Of a DNA stretch of 64,000 bases, positions 1 to 14,549 are shown piece by piece. The notes beneath the pieces are model-generated. The model was not told the origin of the DNA. It made no database searches and was given only the letters and a program-made list of their open reading frames with translations. Origin of the DNA: Eledone cirrhosa (lineage: Eukaryota); assembly GCA_964016885.1 (NCBI GenBank), contig OZ024740.1:273916001-273980000 (forward strand), read 5' to 3'. Every line of letters starts with the position of its first letter. Position 1 is the first letter of the stretch. The translations under genes and the position numbers were made by a program.

Positions 1-84
1 TGGTTTTCTATTTTACTTGATCATTGTTCTAATGATCAGATTCAGTAGGTGTTAAGTTTCACCCTCTTTCCCCTTCTCTACTTG

Positions 85-155
<71 letters not shown>

Positions 156-313
156 ACATGTGTACTTTATATATATATGCGTATATATATATGTATACAT
201 GTGTACATATATATATATATGCGTATATATATATACATGTGTGTGTATATGTGCATATGTATGTATATTTATATGCATATATATATGTTTATGTATGTAT
301 ATAAATGTGTATG

Positions 314-369
<56 letters not shown>

Positions 370-418
370 TACACGAACATATGCATGAAAGTCTGCATGT
401 ATTTATATATATATTTAT
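85..418. repeat. (TA)n/(TG)n compound microsatellite
   Basis: Direct reading; the YIYI ORFs here are artefacts of the repeat. Confidence 0.95.
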
Positions 419-831
419 GAGTATATGTAATTTTTTTCTGTCTACGTAGCTTTTTCTCTACGTTTCGTTATTGCTTTTGGGGTGACATAATTTGCACCAA
501 TATTTTGCTGGATTAGGTAATAACATTATATTAATGAAAGTATTAGTATCCTATATGGCCAGTGGGAAGGAAAACCTGGCACAAAAACGGTAGAAAAGAT
601 GACTTTAGGCACATATTAATGGCAATCACTTCAAAAGGACTTGAAAGTAGTACAGTGGCAACTGATTTCTTCATATAATGGGAAATGAATTCATATTAAG
701 GAGATGAAACAAATTTATAAATATGACAGCTCTTGCCAACTACGCATTTCTTCAGAATACGTATCGAAAATTTTACTCTTTATATGTGTGTATTCGTGTA
801 TGCATTCACGCCCCCCCCCCCCCCCCCACAC

Positions 832-863
<32 letters not shown>

Positions 864-1040
864 GCACACACACATATATATATATGTATATATATAAATA
901 TTTGCGTGTGTGTATGTGTGTGAGTGTTTATGAGATACCTGAAAGCTATATCTTTACTAGGAAGTAAATACCATATAATTATCAGAGTTTTTCACATATG
1001 TGTGTGTTTCTCTTGCTTAAATCTTTCTGTATTTTATCTG

Positions 1041-1097
<57 letters not shown>

Positions 1098-2083
1098 TAT
1101 ATATAATCCGTATGTTTGTTAGTGTCTGCCTGTGTTTTTCTATATATGTATGTATTCATATATCTGTGCGTGTGTGAATGTATAGGAATGCAAAAGTGAA
1201 TGTACAGGAGTTCAGCTTTGATAGACATCATCAGAGAAAATATACACACACACACACACACTCTCTCCCTCTCTCTCTCTCTCCCCCCTCTCTCTCTCTC
1301 ACACACACACACATACACACATACATATATATATATATAAAGATAGACCTTAATAGTATGATTAAGTTTACTACAATTTTAGAAAGGACTCAATAAATTT
1401 GGATTGCAGGTGATAAAGAAAATTATTATTCTTGCATATACACATGTTTGTGCGCTTCACCAGCATTTCCGTGTAGTTTTCCGTAAGTTTATTGTCTCCA
1501 GGTGCCTTTGTCCCATTTATTCCGTATCTTATAGGGTTTCCTCACTTACATTTGTAATCCAACAGTTACCCAATTCACAAGAACCACCTCATTTATCCCT
1601 TACGTTATTCTCTTTGTCTTCTTATCTGCTTTTCCTCCCCTACTTTATGTCGAACACAGGTCAGACGAGTGTGAAGATTTTCTTGTGCTGAGGTACAGGA
1701 TTTTTATTTCTCTTCGTACATATAAATTTACTCTCAGCCATGTCTCTTATATCCATTTTCATGTTGGCCGCAATTTAACAACTGCATTTAATATAATTAG
1801 GCACATATTCATTGTATAATTTTATATTTCTCATTGAAATTTATCCCTGTTTCGAAGACATGGTGTTTGATTCAAGTGCTGTTAGTCTATTTCCTGGGTA
1901 GTTTGTGATTTAGCTCTGTGTATACCATCGTGTAAAAACCGTCCTCAACGGAATATGTGAAACTACATCTGATGAGAGACAAATCTGATAACCAGGATAT
2001 CTGCCTTGGATGTGTTTACTCTATCCATGCTTCATCGTCTTTGTCCCATTTCGAATGTTATATGTATATAAATGTTGGTACAT

Positions 2084-2120
<37 letters not shown>

Positions 2121-2579
2121 TACGCACACACACACACACACACACATACACACACACACACACACACACATATGTATATAGGTGTGTGTTTGTGCGTATA
2201 TGTATATGTATATTATATGTATGTATATATGTATATTATATGTGTGTATATATGCATATTTCTGTATATTTCAACATTAAAAATACAAGCGCAGATACGA
2301 TAACACAATTCATATTAGTTTCACCTCTGTTGGAAAAGAAAAAAATACTTCCACAAAATGCTGGACGTGAGTCCTTCATCAGCAAGAGCAAAGTTTGTAC
2401 AATGATAAGCAAAATGAAAAAATATGTATAATGCATTTAAGGAATCCTGTGTGCTGGATAGATAGTGCCAGAGCGTATACATCCATCAGTAGGACTGGTA
2501 ATCAGTATTTATGTACACATACATACACACACACAATCATCGACAAAGCTGTACCAGCTTTGGTCTTGTCACCAACTAT

Positions 2580-3760
2580 ATAAGGTTTTGCCATCTTAAC
2601 ATCCATAAGGGCACATGGATGCACCGCAGATCACAAATGTGTCATTACAATTACTTCATTATTGTGCGCAGCACAACATATCTGATCTGCTGGACTCTCT
2701 TGTTCGACGTAGTGCTGATTGCTGGACTGAGCATCAAATGGTCTGCGATAGGCTAAAATTATGCTTCCACAGGTCTGTCCAAAAGAGACGCAACACTGGT
2801 CCCAGATGAAATCGTCTGAAAGTTAAAGAAATAAAGGAACAATTCCGCCAGAAAATCCCCACCAGTCTGAACCAAGGCAAAACTACTCTTAGACCACCAT
2901 TGGCAATCTTTAAGCGATGTTCTGTATGAAACCATCAGGGAGACTGTTGGCTTGCAAAAATAAAAACATCGCAACGACTGTTTCGATGACAACAACGCCA
3001 TCATAACAGACTTGTTAAAATAGAAACATGACAGCTTCCAGGCAGTGCTTAGAGAGGATTTTCTGCACGACCGCCAATGATACAGAACTGCTAACAATAT
3101 ATGTCAAACTGAGCTAAGCCGTATGCAGAACCAGTGGTCTCTTGAACGTGCACGTGAAATTGAACGACATGTAGAATGCCACGATCCAAATAGTTTCTTC
3201 GAAGCTGTAAAATTTGTCACGCAGTCTCGCTCATCGAGGCTGACACTCATCAATGATTCAGCTGGCACAAGCTCAGAGAGAGGGATGAACTCTCTAAGCG
3301 TTGGAAAGAACGTTTTGTACAAAACTCCTATGCATATTAGAAGCCTTCCATCAACGCTCTTTGTGCCAGATACTTAAGATAAGATGGTGGCACAAGGGGA
3401 CAACTACAGAGGTTCTATGCCGTACAAGAACATCTATGGCTGAAGCAATGGTCAGGAACAACTGTCTCAGATGGCTCAACCATGTATGCCGAATGGAAGA
3501 TCGTCATATTCCAAAGGAACTCATGTTTGTGGAATTAGCATGGGGTTAGAGAAGCAGAGGCTAGCCACGGAAGGGGTCCATTGAAGAGGATCTGAAACCC
3601 TCCAGCTTCAATCTCTCAATATGGCACGAGATGACAGCAAACAGAAGTGTCTAGACGAAGAATACAAAGAGTGGCTGCAAATCATCTGGAGCGCAACATG
3701 TCGAGCAAGCGGAAAGGCGCCGGAGACGACGTCATAATGAGATCCCCATCATCAATTATG
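2580..3760 (+). mobile_element. Degenerate RTE-clade LINE remnant with the RT core deleted
   Basis: HKGTWMHRRS resembles the RTE APE motif TWxHPRS. It is followed by linker fragments and the C-terminal LEAFHQRSLCQILKIRW...LRWLNHVCRMEDRHIPKELMFVEL. Many stops; no RT motifs in between. Confidence 0.8.
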
Positions 3761-4064
3761 ACTGGGACGAGAATAATATGTATGTAATACGTTGACGAAG
3801 TCAAATACCACAAGCTACTCTACGTAATGTATGGTATTGCAATATCATGCCAGTCATTGTCCTACTCAATGGTACTTGGGATTAAACAGATGTAAATTAT
3901 ATGGCTATGGAATTCGGTAGTGTGGTGGCAAAATATGAACAAATTCGTCATGCACACACATACACAAACACACACACATACACACACATACACACACACA
4001 CGCACACACACACACAAACACACAAACACACACACACACACACGCACACACACACACAAACACA

Positions 4065-4133
<69 letters not shown>

Positions 4134-4138
4134 TTATA

Positions 4139-4411
4139 TTAGATAGTGAAATAGAGCTTCCGCGGTATTTTTGACTAAGTAAATTAGTCTAATTGTTGGA
4201 GTTATAAAAACTCCCATATTGGAAAAAGGATGACCAGTGACGTGCATATAACACGAACCCACATCTTTGGCTATCAGGACCACTGTGTTAACCATTACAG
4301 TGTTTACGATGGCCAAATATGTTGGTTCGTGTCCTATGTACATTAATACTCCTCCATTTTACTACATTTTCCTAGTAAAAAATACTGCGGAAGCTCTTTT
4401 TCACTATCTAA
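4139..4411. mobile_element. MITE-like element with ~40-bp terminal inverted repeats and an internal hairpin
   Basis: ttagatagtgaaatagagcttccgcggtatttttgactaag pairs with cctagtaaaaaatactgcggaagctctttttcactatctaa. Internal inverted repeat at 4251-4332; TA at both ends. Confidence 0.75.
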
Positions 4412-4451
4412 TTTTCAAAAACAACGTTAAGCTCTGTATCTTATATATGTA

Positions 4452-4614
<163 letters not shown>

Positions 4615-4718
4615 GAAAGTAGAGAAATTAATGTAAGCAAAAAGCCTATAATAATTAGACATATAAGGGACTATAAACATCAAGATGAAACATTTTTAAC
4701 GAAAGATGTATATATATA

Positions 4719-5126
4719 TTAGAATTGGAGCTCTGAAATAGCAATATATATATGGATGTATATATAATGTATTTTGCAATACACTTTATGCTTAATTAAA
4801 AGCATTTTGAAGACCGTAAGCGATTGTTTTTTAGAGTAGTGACAAATTCACTTACTTTGATCTCAGCAAACAGGGGAGATAAGCCGACAAGGCCTTGTTT
4901 CGCTTTTGTTGAAGCTTATCAAGGCTAACTACTCCCACCTGTCTACCGAGATCACTGATGTTATATTCTTATAGAATTCTAGTAAATAATCAGGAGCTGA
5001 TTATGCAGAGCGGTTGTTGGTGAGGCAGAAATTAAAAATTAGAATTGGAGCTCTGAAATAGCTTACGGTCTTCAAAATGCTTTTAATTAAGCATAAAGTG
5101 TATTGCAAAATACATTATATATACAT

Positions 5127-5135
<9 letters not shown>
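4719..5135 (-). mobile_element. Retrozyme-like/Penelope-derived ~320-bp non-coding unit with inverted partial copy
   Basis: Direct repeat ttagaattggagctctgaaatagc at 4719 and 5039 (320 bp apart). Inverted repeat 4748-4821 vs 5061-5135. Contains a hammerhead and is flanked by (TA)n. Confidence 0.75.
4882..4926 (-). ncRNA. Type I minimal hammerhead ribozyme, U3-A8 core variant
   Basis: Minus strand: agcc TTGATAA gctt caacaa aagc GAAA caagg ccttg TC ggct. Stem I agcc/ggct, stem II gctt/aagc, palindromic stem III, GUC site. Confidence 0.85.
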
Positions 5136-5204
<69 letters not shown>

Positions 5205-5205
5205 G

Positions 5206-5309
<104 letters not shown>

Positions 5310-5401
5310 TATATGTATATATATATATATAGTATGAATTACCATGTTAATGATTAAATAGTAAATAAATTTACATACATACTTATGTATGTAAACTTAC
5401 T

Positions 5402-5640
5402 TACGAGGATTGGCTGAAAAGTTCATAGGCTGATTATGAAGGATTGATGGTATGGCTGCAAAAATTTTGCATGCATTAATCTCAATTCTTTTTATTAATA
5501 ACTGCATTGTTTCTTTCCTAGGATTATGTTGAAAAATGAACACCATTCGGGCATTCCATGTGAGTATGTTGATCACTATCTCAACATTTCTACCGACTCT
5601 TGTATATTTTGTCACACTGTGTGTGAATGGTCAGTGTTAT
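5402..5640 (+). mobile_element. Possible Tc1/mariner terminal fragment
   Basis: Begins tacgaggattggctgaaaagttc, resembling mariner TIRs (TA-CGAGG...TGAAAAGT). No partner TIR found. Confidence 0.4.
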
Positions 5641-6076
5641 TTGAACGCATTATTTAAAAAAAAAGTGAAAAGAGAACGACTCGACTATTTTCGCGTGGAT
5701 TTTGCAAATTTAATCAGTTTATCTGCCTCATTCCGTTCTGCGGAGAGTGCGGAAGTAGCTTACTGGTAAATAAGAACCACGCATTATTGTCTCTTATTTT
5801 ATAAATCAAATGTAAGTAAAACTTCATTTCCTGATGGAATTCATTCATTCAATTGTAACGAAATTCGGGCAGTCTTCAAAGAAATGTGTAATGTCTCTTC
5901 CACATCCACGCCCATTTCATCAATAAATCGTCATTGCATTTTATTATTGCTCACAGGCATTTTATTGATTTTATCATTGGCGTGTGCAAAACGATACTTC
6001 AAACCTCGGTAACAAACAACTCGTAGTAGGATTAATCCTTCACTAATAACGAAAGTTTCTGGATTTGGTAACTAGT

Positions 6077-6208
6077 AATTGTTTCTACTTTTGGCACAGG
6101 GCCAGAAATTACCCAGTGCATTACTGGTACTTTATTTTATCGACCCCGTAAGGATGAAAGGCAAAGTTAACCTCGCGGAATTTGAACTCAGAATGGCAAG
6201 GGCCGTAA
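6077..6208 (-). mobile_element. tRNA-type SINE, family A, 5'-truncated
   Basis: Reverse complement of gagttcaaat(t/c)ccgccgaggttaactttgcctttcatccttacggggtcgataaaataaagtaccag, which recurs more than 12 times in the window. Confidence 0.9.
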
Positions 6209-6784
6209 TGAAATATTGTTAGCTGCACATAACCCGTTATATTCTTGCATAGATGTACATGAAAACATGTTTGACAATGTCAACTGTTTGCTAAATATGT
6301 TTCGAAGTGATTTAAAATAAAATAAATACTTGTCTCTTCAGCATGATTTTTTATCATAAAAAAAATAAATCGTCGATCGACTTTCGTCAAATCGGACCGA
6401 GGAAACAATTTTTCCGATGGTATTTCCAATTGCTAATACTATCTATCGGTCGCAACTCCAGGTAGAAGGAAAAAACGTGAAATAAAGTGTCTTGCTCAAG
6501 GACATAACGCATCGCCCGGTATCGAACTGACAGCCTCATGACTCTCAGCCACACGCCTTTTTATCATGTGCTCTTCTAATTTTGAAGTTTTCCTATATTC
6601 AACGGAAAACATTTTTCGGTAAATCGAAAACTCTTAATGGCGTTTTGTTGGTGACGAAATAAAAAGGAAAAATAAACGTTAGATATTTGACAGGAAATTA
6701 CCAATATGGTTATGGTTCGGCCAGGCTTATATCTGTAATAATTATACTAGTATAATGAAATGCTTTTTTTTTCATTTGTTTTAG

Positions 6785-6971
6785 TTATTCATTAATTCGG
6801 GTGACATGGTTAATATATATTCTTTGCACCTTTCCTACCTCGCACTTCCCTCGCCTTGCAAATCTCCTTTACAACAGTTATACATTCCAGAGACAGTGTG
6901 TTACATTGCTGCTCCCAGAGTTATACGTAGTGCCCACTTTGGGAATCGCCGACGTTGTCTTCAACTCTCTC
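6785..6971 (+). CDS. Candidate internal coding exon of an unknown protein
   Basis: Strong pyrimidine tract plus TAG acceptor (6781-6784). Open frame LFINSGDMVNIYSLHLSYLALPSPCKSPLQQLYIPETVCY...CLQLS. GTAAGC donor at 6972, phase 1. Confidence 0.4.
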
Positions 6972-7453
6972 GTAAGCATATGTTTGTTCCATTTTCATCT
7001 GCGTTTTTAGTGAAACTGGTATTTTGATTTCATAGTCTGATTATGTAGGAAACATTGAATTGTTTTTAACCGAAAAATATGTTCTGGTTATAATTGTAGT
7101 GGTGGTGGAGGTAAGCATGTTGCTTCTGTCGGTAGTGGTAGTGATTAGGATAGTAATGACGTTTGTCGGGTGTCTGTGGCAATACAATTAGGGGTGGTAA
7201 TATAACTGGAGGTGATGAGAATGCTAATGGTGATGATTGATGTGGTTTTGTTTGTATAGTGGTTTGGCTTTCGTAATGTTGGAGATGGTAGGAAGATATT
7301 TGTGATTATAGTGGCTTTTGTGGTGGTGTTGTTGTGATGCTGGTGATAATTGTGGTTTGGGGGCGTTGTTGAAGTTGTTTTTGTTGGCGTTGTTGGTGTT
7401 CGTTGTAGTTGTTCTTGTTGGTTCGTTGAAGAGCTGTTTACTTGACTTGCCAG

Positions 7454-7539
7454 CTGTTGACCTGGAAAGACAGAAACTTCCGCTGATGTCAAGCAGTTCC
7501 TGGTCACTGAGTGACCAGCCTTGCTATGAATCATTATAA
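7454..7539 (+). CDS. Candidate terminal coding exon
   Basis: ttgacttgccag acceptor, phase-compatible with 6785-6971. Encodes (P)VDLERQKLPLMSSSSWSLSDQPCYESL*; a complex-sequence island among simple repeats. Confidence 0.4.
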
Positions 7540-7787
7540 TCATCTTGGTCTCTAACTTAACACAGTTTCTTAATTTTGATTAAAACAATAACAGCAACAG
7601 AAACAACAACACCAACAACGACACCACCACCATCAACACCACCACCACCACCAACACCAAAAACAACAACAATAACAAAAACAACAACAATAATAATAAT
7701 GATAAAAATAATTATAATGTTGATTAAAACAATAACAGCAGCAACAACAACGACAACAAAAATAACAACAACAACAACAACGATAAT

Positions 7788-7825
<38 letters not shown>

Positions 7826-9009
7826 TAATAATAATAATGATAATAATGAATGCAGAAAGAGATAAAGAAATGTAGTCAGACATACAATTAAACAAATCTA
7901 AAACAATGTATCACAAAATTAAAACGAAAAATAAAAATATAGCCCCAGGAGACTCAGTACATTGGCAAGACGTTTCCACCTTCGCATTTCCCTTGACATT
8001 TGACACGATGACCTGTAACTATTAAACTTTAACCTTTTCGAGGGGAATAACTTAAAATAACAATCAAATTATCACCAACTACAACAGTACAAGGAGAATT
8101 AGGCAACAAGGAAAGCTGAAAGCTCATCAAAGAAAAACAACAGTAAGAAAATAAGGAATTTCTAATAATCATCTCATCTTTGCACACACATGTGAATGGA
8201 ATGCGGATGGACTTCCATCAGTTACGACGATGAATGTCGCTGTTATCTAATTAAAAGTTTGTCGTTAAAGTAACGTGCAAGTGGCTGATCGTTCTATAGT
8301 CACATGGGCCCTTAACATAATTATGAAGGAGTTTCAGTGTGATTGAATGTTGATTCTTTGAGTTATATACAGGCTATGAAGGGTTTCCAAACAGTGTCCG
8401 GGTATCAAATTCCAAAGATGAGGCTTAGATAAATAACACTTGTTGAATATATCACATAGTAGGATGAAGCCAAGGACTTTATAATTTCAAAGCAAATGAG
8501 CCACTTCGTGCACGAATTTCACTCTCACGGCATTGATATACTGGAAACTATATGTTTGCAAATGAACTCCATAACCATACAAAATTACCTGCATTCATAC
8601 ACCTACACACACGCACAGGCACATATATATGACATCTCTCTCTCTCTCTCTCTGTATATATATATACATATGTATATATATATACAGAGAGAGAGAGAGA
8701 GAGAGCGAATATGTGTGTGAGTGATATATATATATATGAGAGAGAGAGAGAAAGGGAGAGGGAAAACGTGGTGGAGATAAAGATGGATGAACAGACAGGA
8801 AAGATAGAGGAGAGAAAGGTATAAAATCCCTTCAGCGGCGCCATGTGGTTCCAGCCTATCTGTTCACCAATTCTTTTCAATACTTGCTGAACACACAAGC
8901 TGAAACCACCTGGCAACGCGTTCGGGATATTACCTATCTCTATACCAACTTTCCATCTCTCCATGCATTGAGTACTCCCATGATTAGTGGTCGCCTCGGT
9001 CTCGGCATC

Positions 9010-9013
<4 letters not shown>

Positions 9014-9065
<52 letters not shown>

Positions 9066-9130
9066 TGTATATTATTATATATATATATGTATATATACAG
9101 TATATATATATATATATGTATATATACAGT

Positions 9131-9161
<31 letters not shown>

Positions 9162-9163
9162 GT

Positions 9164-9245
<82 letters not shown>

Positions 9246-9247
9246 GT

Positions 9248-9278
<31 letters not shown>

Positions 9279-9301
9279 GTATATATATATGTATATATAC
9301 A

Positions 9302-9394
<93 letters not shown>

Positions 9395-9489
9395 TATATA
9401 TATATATATGTATATATACAGTATATATATATATATGTATATATACAGTATATATATATATATACAGTATATATATATGTATATATACA

Positions 9490-9556
<67 letters not shown>
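9014..9556. repeat. (CT)n followed by (TA)n with a periodic tatgtatatatacag sub-unit
   Basis: Direct reading. Confidence 0.9.
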
Positions 9557-9564
<8 letters not shown>

Positions 9565-11459
9565 AATAGAAAGAGAAAGTGAGTCCGTGTGCTTATACCG
9601 TCCATACTGTATTCACCACAAGAGTGTAGTAGCAATATCAGTTAGATACCTGACCTCATAGACTTCCCCCCACCTCATGTGCACATGCATATACGGCAAA
9701 ACAGGAAATAATATGTAATCTCCCCCCACCTGTGACACTATAATGAGGGATAAAATTACCAACTTAGCCGTAAGACATTTATTAGGACAAGAGGTAAGGT
9801 TTTTGTTTAGCTAGTTCAAAATTATTGCCCAATTATGGCATATACTAGTTGTGTTAAGGGTGAGAGTTGCTGGGTAGGGAATGGGCCACGGGCGACTGTA
9901 ACCACACACATTCTTTTTTTATATATTTATTTTGGTTCATAAATATAAGTTTTGGAATTGCAGTCTTTTTGGTCTTAATCACCCGTCTTTACAGGAAGTG
10001 GCAAAAGCAGTAGAATGGTGTTGGTGGCTGCGTTCATTAACGGCAGTTGATGATGATGCTTAAAATGGCGTTGAAGGAAAAACGATGTTCTTGCTGTTGA
10101 AGCGACTGAATGTTGTAAGAAGTTGGTGGCAGTTGTTGTTGTTGTTTAGCCCTGAGGTTAGTCATGATAAAACAAACATATGATTAACGACGTTCAATAT
10201 TGTGTCTATTCCTATATTTTCTTACGTATCCTTTCTTTCTGTGACGGTTGGTTGCTGTTTTTTTACTAAAATCTAAGGACCGCGTAGAAGTTGCTCCCTT
10301 GACTCGAGGTGATGTTGATTGAAAGCATGAGTATATGTTTGTATGTGAGTGTGTGCATGAGAGAGAGGGTAGGGAAGGGGGATAACGTTTATTGTTGGTA
10401 AGAGAGATGCGTTGGTTAGTTTTTGTCGTTTAGACTAGACTAGCTCTAATTAAACTGAACTATGGTCAAATGTTTTCTAGATATTGTATCTTAAACTATA
10501 TTATCCTGTTTACACAATAATATACAATGTGCCCATGTGGTATGTCAGCCCTGGTTGAATAAAATTATGATGCAAGGTATTCCGGATGTGAATAACCGGT
10601 ATTTTTCCTGTGCAAAGAACTAGGGATAATTTCCATTACATTGTTCTCTAAAAGTCTGTAATTTGTGGCGAGATTTCGCTGCTGTAGAGACACACACTTT
10701 AGCTTGTAAACTCTATGCTAATGATGTTATGTGATCACAAGCTAGATTAGCGCAGTTGTGACAGTTCTTAAACATCCCCCTGATCTACTATACACACATG
10801 CCGCCTTCTCACATTCAACTCGAAATTCTTTCGTATATAAAAGAGTAGTAACTTAGATAAAAACATAATAAACCTAAGTACTTAAACACACATATGAACA
10901 TATAGTTTATGCTATCATCCATATTGTGTTTCTAAACATATTTAATCACACTGTCATGTCCCTTTTAGACAAAACCTTAAGTTAATGAGATCATTTAGAC
11001 ATATTTTTAAGCTCATTTATCTGCCTTGCACTCGGTAAACATAAGGTATCTATTTATTTAAGCATGTATACTTAATTATTTACTATTTGCCTTTTATGTC
11101 GCTGTTCGTTATTTTTGTATTTGTTCCATGTAAACCTTATTTGAATAGTTTATTATCAAAGGTGATCCACCATATTTCTGTATTTATAACAGGGACAATA
11201 TTCGGAAAATTATTCTGCTTTATTCAAAAAGGTGGTCCGTGATTTCTAAGGTTATTTTGATTTTTCTATCAGATCGATGACCATGTAGTAAATCACTTCT
11301 TCGATGAATCGATTTGTGTATACTTGGACTCGCAAAGTTATGATCAGTGGCGTTGACATTTCAGTAACAATCTTTCTCACTGCTATTGAACCATACATCT
11401 ATATGTTTTTACACACACACGCTCACACACCCACACAGAAACACACGCACACACGCGGG

Positions 11460-11537
<78 letters not shown>

Positions 11538-11560
11538 ATTATTTAATATAGAAAATACAT

Positions 11561-11652
11561 TGACTTTGCCTTTCATCCTTACGGGGTCGATGAAATAAAG
11601 TACCAGTAATGCACTGGGTAATTGGTGGCCTTGTGCCTAAAGTAGAAACAAT
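11561..11652 (+). mobile_element. SINE family A, 5'-truncated, with 20-bp TSD
   Basis: attatttaatatagaaaata is present on both sides. Confidence 0.9.
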
Positions 11653-11851
11653 TATTTAATATAGAAAATATATCTACAGGACCAGAACTATTTTATTCGT
11701 ATGAAATCATCAGAAATGCATTGTTGGTGATTTCAAAGAAATGACTCGGCTGTATTACTGGAGAAGACATTTCTATATCAAATAAAGATGTTTATACTCT
11801 ACCGATGTATTCAGTACCTTTTTAAACTGTGGTTACCCCCAATGTCATTCG

Positions 11852-12193
<342 letters not shown>

Positions 12194-12241
12194 CATATAT
12201 ATATACAAACATATATATATATATATATACATATATATACA

Positions 12242-12347
<106 letters not shown>

Positions 12348-12352
12348 CAAAC

Positions 12353-12383
<31 letters not shown>

Positions 12384-12428
12384 TATATACATATATATAT
12401 GTATATATATACAAACATATATACAAAC

Positions 12429-12463
<35 letters not shown>

Positions 12464-12520
12464 CATATATATACAAACATATCTATATATATATATATAT
12501 ATAGTTACATATATATACAA

Positions 12521-12561
<41 letters not shown>

Positions 12562-12608
12562 TTTACAAACATATATATATATATATACATACATATATAT
12601 ATACAAAC

Positions 12609-12640
<32 letters not shown>

Positions 12641-12879
12641 GCATATATACAGATATACATATATATATATATATATATATATTGCCTTTCAGATAGACAC
12701 GCTCGATCACCAGCTTTTCAAACAAGTTTGTCATCTTACACAAAACCCCAGCATCAACAACATTTTTTTTTAGACATTGCGACCTGAATGGAACTGGTTT
12801 TTTTTTCACTAAAAACATTTTTTTAGTTTCTGCCACTGCTCGTCTCCTCAATGTTTATTTCTTCTTCAATTTCTCATTC

Positions 12880-12920
12880 TATTTTCTGATGAACGACGAA
12901 GGTCCGAAACGTTAAGAATA
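12880..12920 (+). ncRNA. Type I minimal hammerhead ribozyme (canonical CUGAUGA core)
   Basis: tatttt CTGATGA ac gac gaag gtc c GAAA cgt TA agaata. Weak base of stem II; palindromic AACGUU stem III. Confidence 0.65.
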
Positions 12921-12933
12921 TTTTCCTACTCTA

Positions 12934-13091
12934 TCAAGCGTAAAACTAATAACATATTTCATCATTGTACTGTGTCGTTTGCTTTGTTATTTCTGTTTGC
13001 CTTTTGTATATATATATACAAAAGGCAAACAGAAATAACAAAGCAAACGACACAGTACAATGATGAAATATGTTATTAGTTTTACGCTTGA
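12934..13091. repeat. Perfect 158-bp palindrome (tail-to-tail Penelope-like ends centred on (TA)n)
   Basis: tcaagcgtaaaactaataac...cttttgtatata|tatatacaaaagg...gttttacgcttga with no spacer. Confidence 0.9.
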
Positions 13092-14329
13092 AATATGTTA
13101 TTAGTTTTACGCATATATAGTGACACAGAGACCGAGAAAGAGAGAGGCCTAAATTGAGACACACACATGCCTGTGGGTTGTAAAAGCATGGAGACATAAA
13201 TAAGTACACATATACATTCGTTGTGATGTGGTCAAGGAGAGGTGTATAAAGATACGCTGATGGATAGAATGATGATAGATGGTAAGTGAAAAAGTTATAT
13301 GTGAATGAAAATCTTAAAGGAATTTCCTATATATTATTAGTGTAAAAGTTTGGAAATATAAAAAAATATATATATTTCTAAGAAATTTTTCGATCTGTTT
13401 ATTTTTTCAATTGCTTCTTTTCATTGCAATTTATTAAAATTTCATATGTATATATCGCAATTATGCTAACTAATCAAAAGTATAGAAGAGTCTAAAAGCA
13501 TAATACTGGCAAAATGCATATATTTCTAAAGAACGATGCATATTTTATATACACATGCCTGCATATATATATATATACAGAGAAATACACACATACAAAT
13601 ATTCACACATATACATAGAGAAATACACGCAGGCAAATACTCACACAAAGATATATACAAAGAAATACACACAGACAAATAATCTTTCACACACACACAC
13701 ATATATATATATATATACTTACATATATATCTTTATATATCTGTGTGTTTGTGTTTGTACGTATAGGTATGTATTCATATACATATAACATTAATGTATA
13801 TATGCGTGCACTTGTGCATCTGTACGCATTTAAACACATACCATTCCTCATTTAAAATTATTGAAGCTGTAAAAAATATTCTTTTTAAGCAAGTAAATAA
13901 AAATATATATAAATTAAAATATAATTAACAAAAAATAAATTTTGAAAGGGTTCTCTCTTTTCCGTTTGTTTTTAAATAAATTCCCTCTCATTAACAACTA
14001 GGAACACCTGCTAATGAAATTTGAACTGAAAATCACTTCCGTATTAGAAAAAGAATGTTGTGGAAGTTAAAATGAAATATTTTATTTATTTACCAACGTA
14101 GGTAGATTTTTGTGTATGCCAAAGGATACAGAAATTCTAAAATAATTATTTATTTGATGCATCTGGAAATTTTCTTAGTTAAAGATACATCTTAATTGAT
14201 TTTGGGTATGAACTAATACGTATAAAAACTTCGTATTCTTGGACAATGAAGAAATACACTGTTGCTGGGTAAATAAAATGTCAATGTAGGTATGTAACAG
14301 CGACATGCGATACGTTGTCCGCTTCATAG

Positions 14330-14545
14330 TTGTTATTTCGACCAGAGGACCCCCGCACCGCGGCTCACAATGCAAAGGAAGGAAGATAAGCAAATATCAA
14401 GACTTGTCCGGTCGCTTCCTCTTTGTCCCAGTCGCCGAGACCTCGGACTTTCCCGGACCCCATACAACTTACTCCCTCAGTAAAATCGGAATGACAGAAG
14501 CCCTTCTAAGGAAGGAATCCTGCGAGGTGGAGTGGCTGTTTTAGC
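14330..14545 (+). mobile_element. RLE-type (CRE-like) non-LTR retrotransposon C-terminal fragment
   Basis: RKISKYQDLSGRFLFVPVAETS..GP.T...LSKIG...EWLF matches the K..KY / F.P.A.ET.G region downstream of restriction-like endonucleases. Confidence 0.6.
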
Positions 14546-14549
14546 TTGA

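Noticed and set aside
1964-2014. acat CTGATGA gaga caaa tct...ccagg...ccttgg atgt hammerhead-like motif
   Set aside because: The GAAA box and NUH site are not intact; at best a dead remnant.
2340-2390. Minus-strand CTGATGA a ggac tcac gtcc a motif resembling the 12.9-kb family
   Set aside because: GAAA is replaced by GCAT and stems I and III are absent, so it is a decayed copy.
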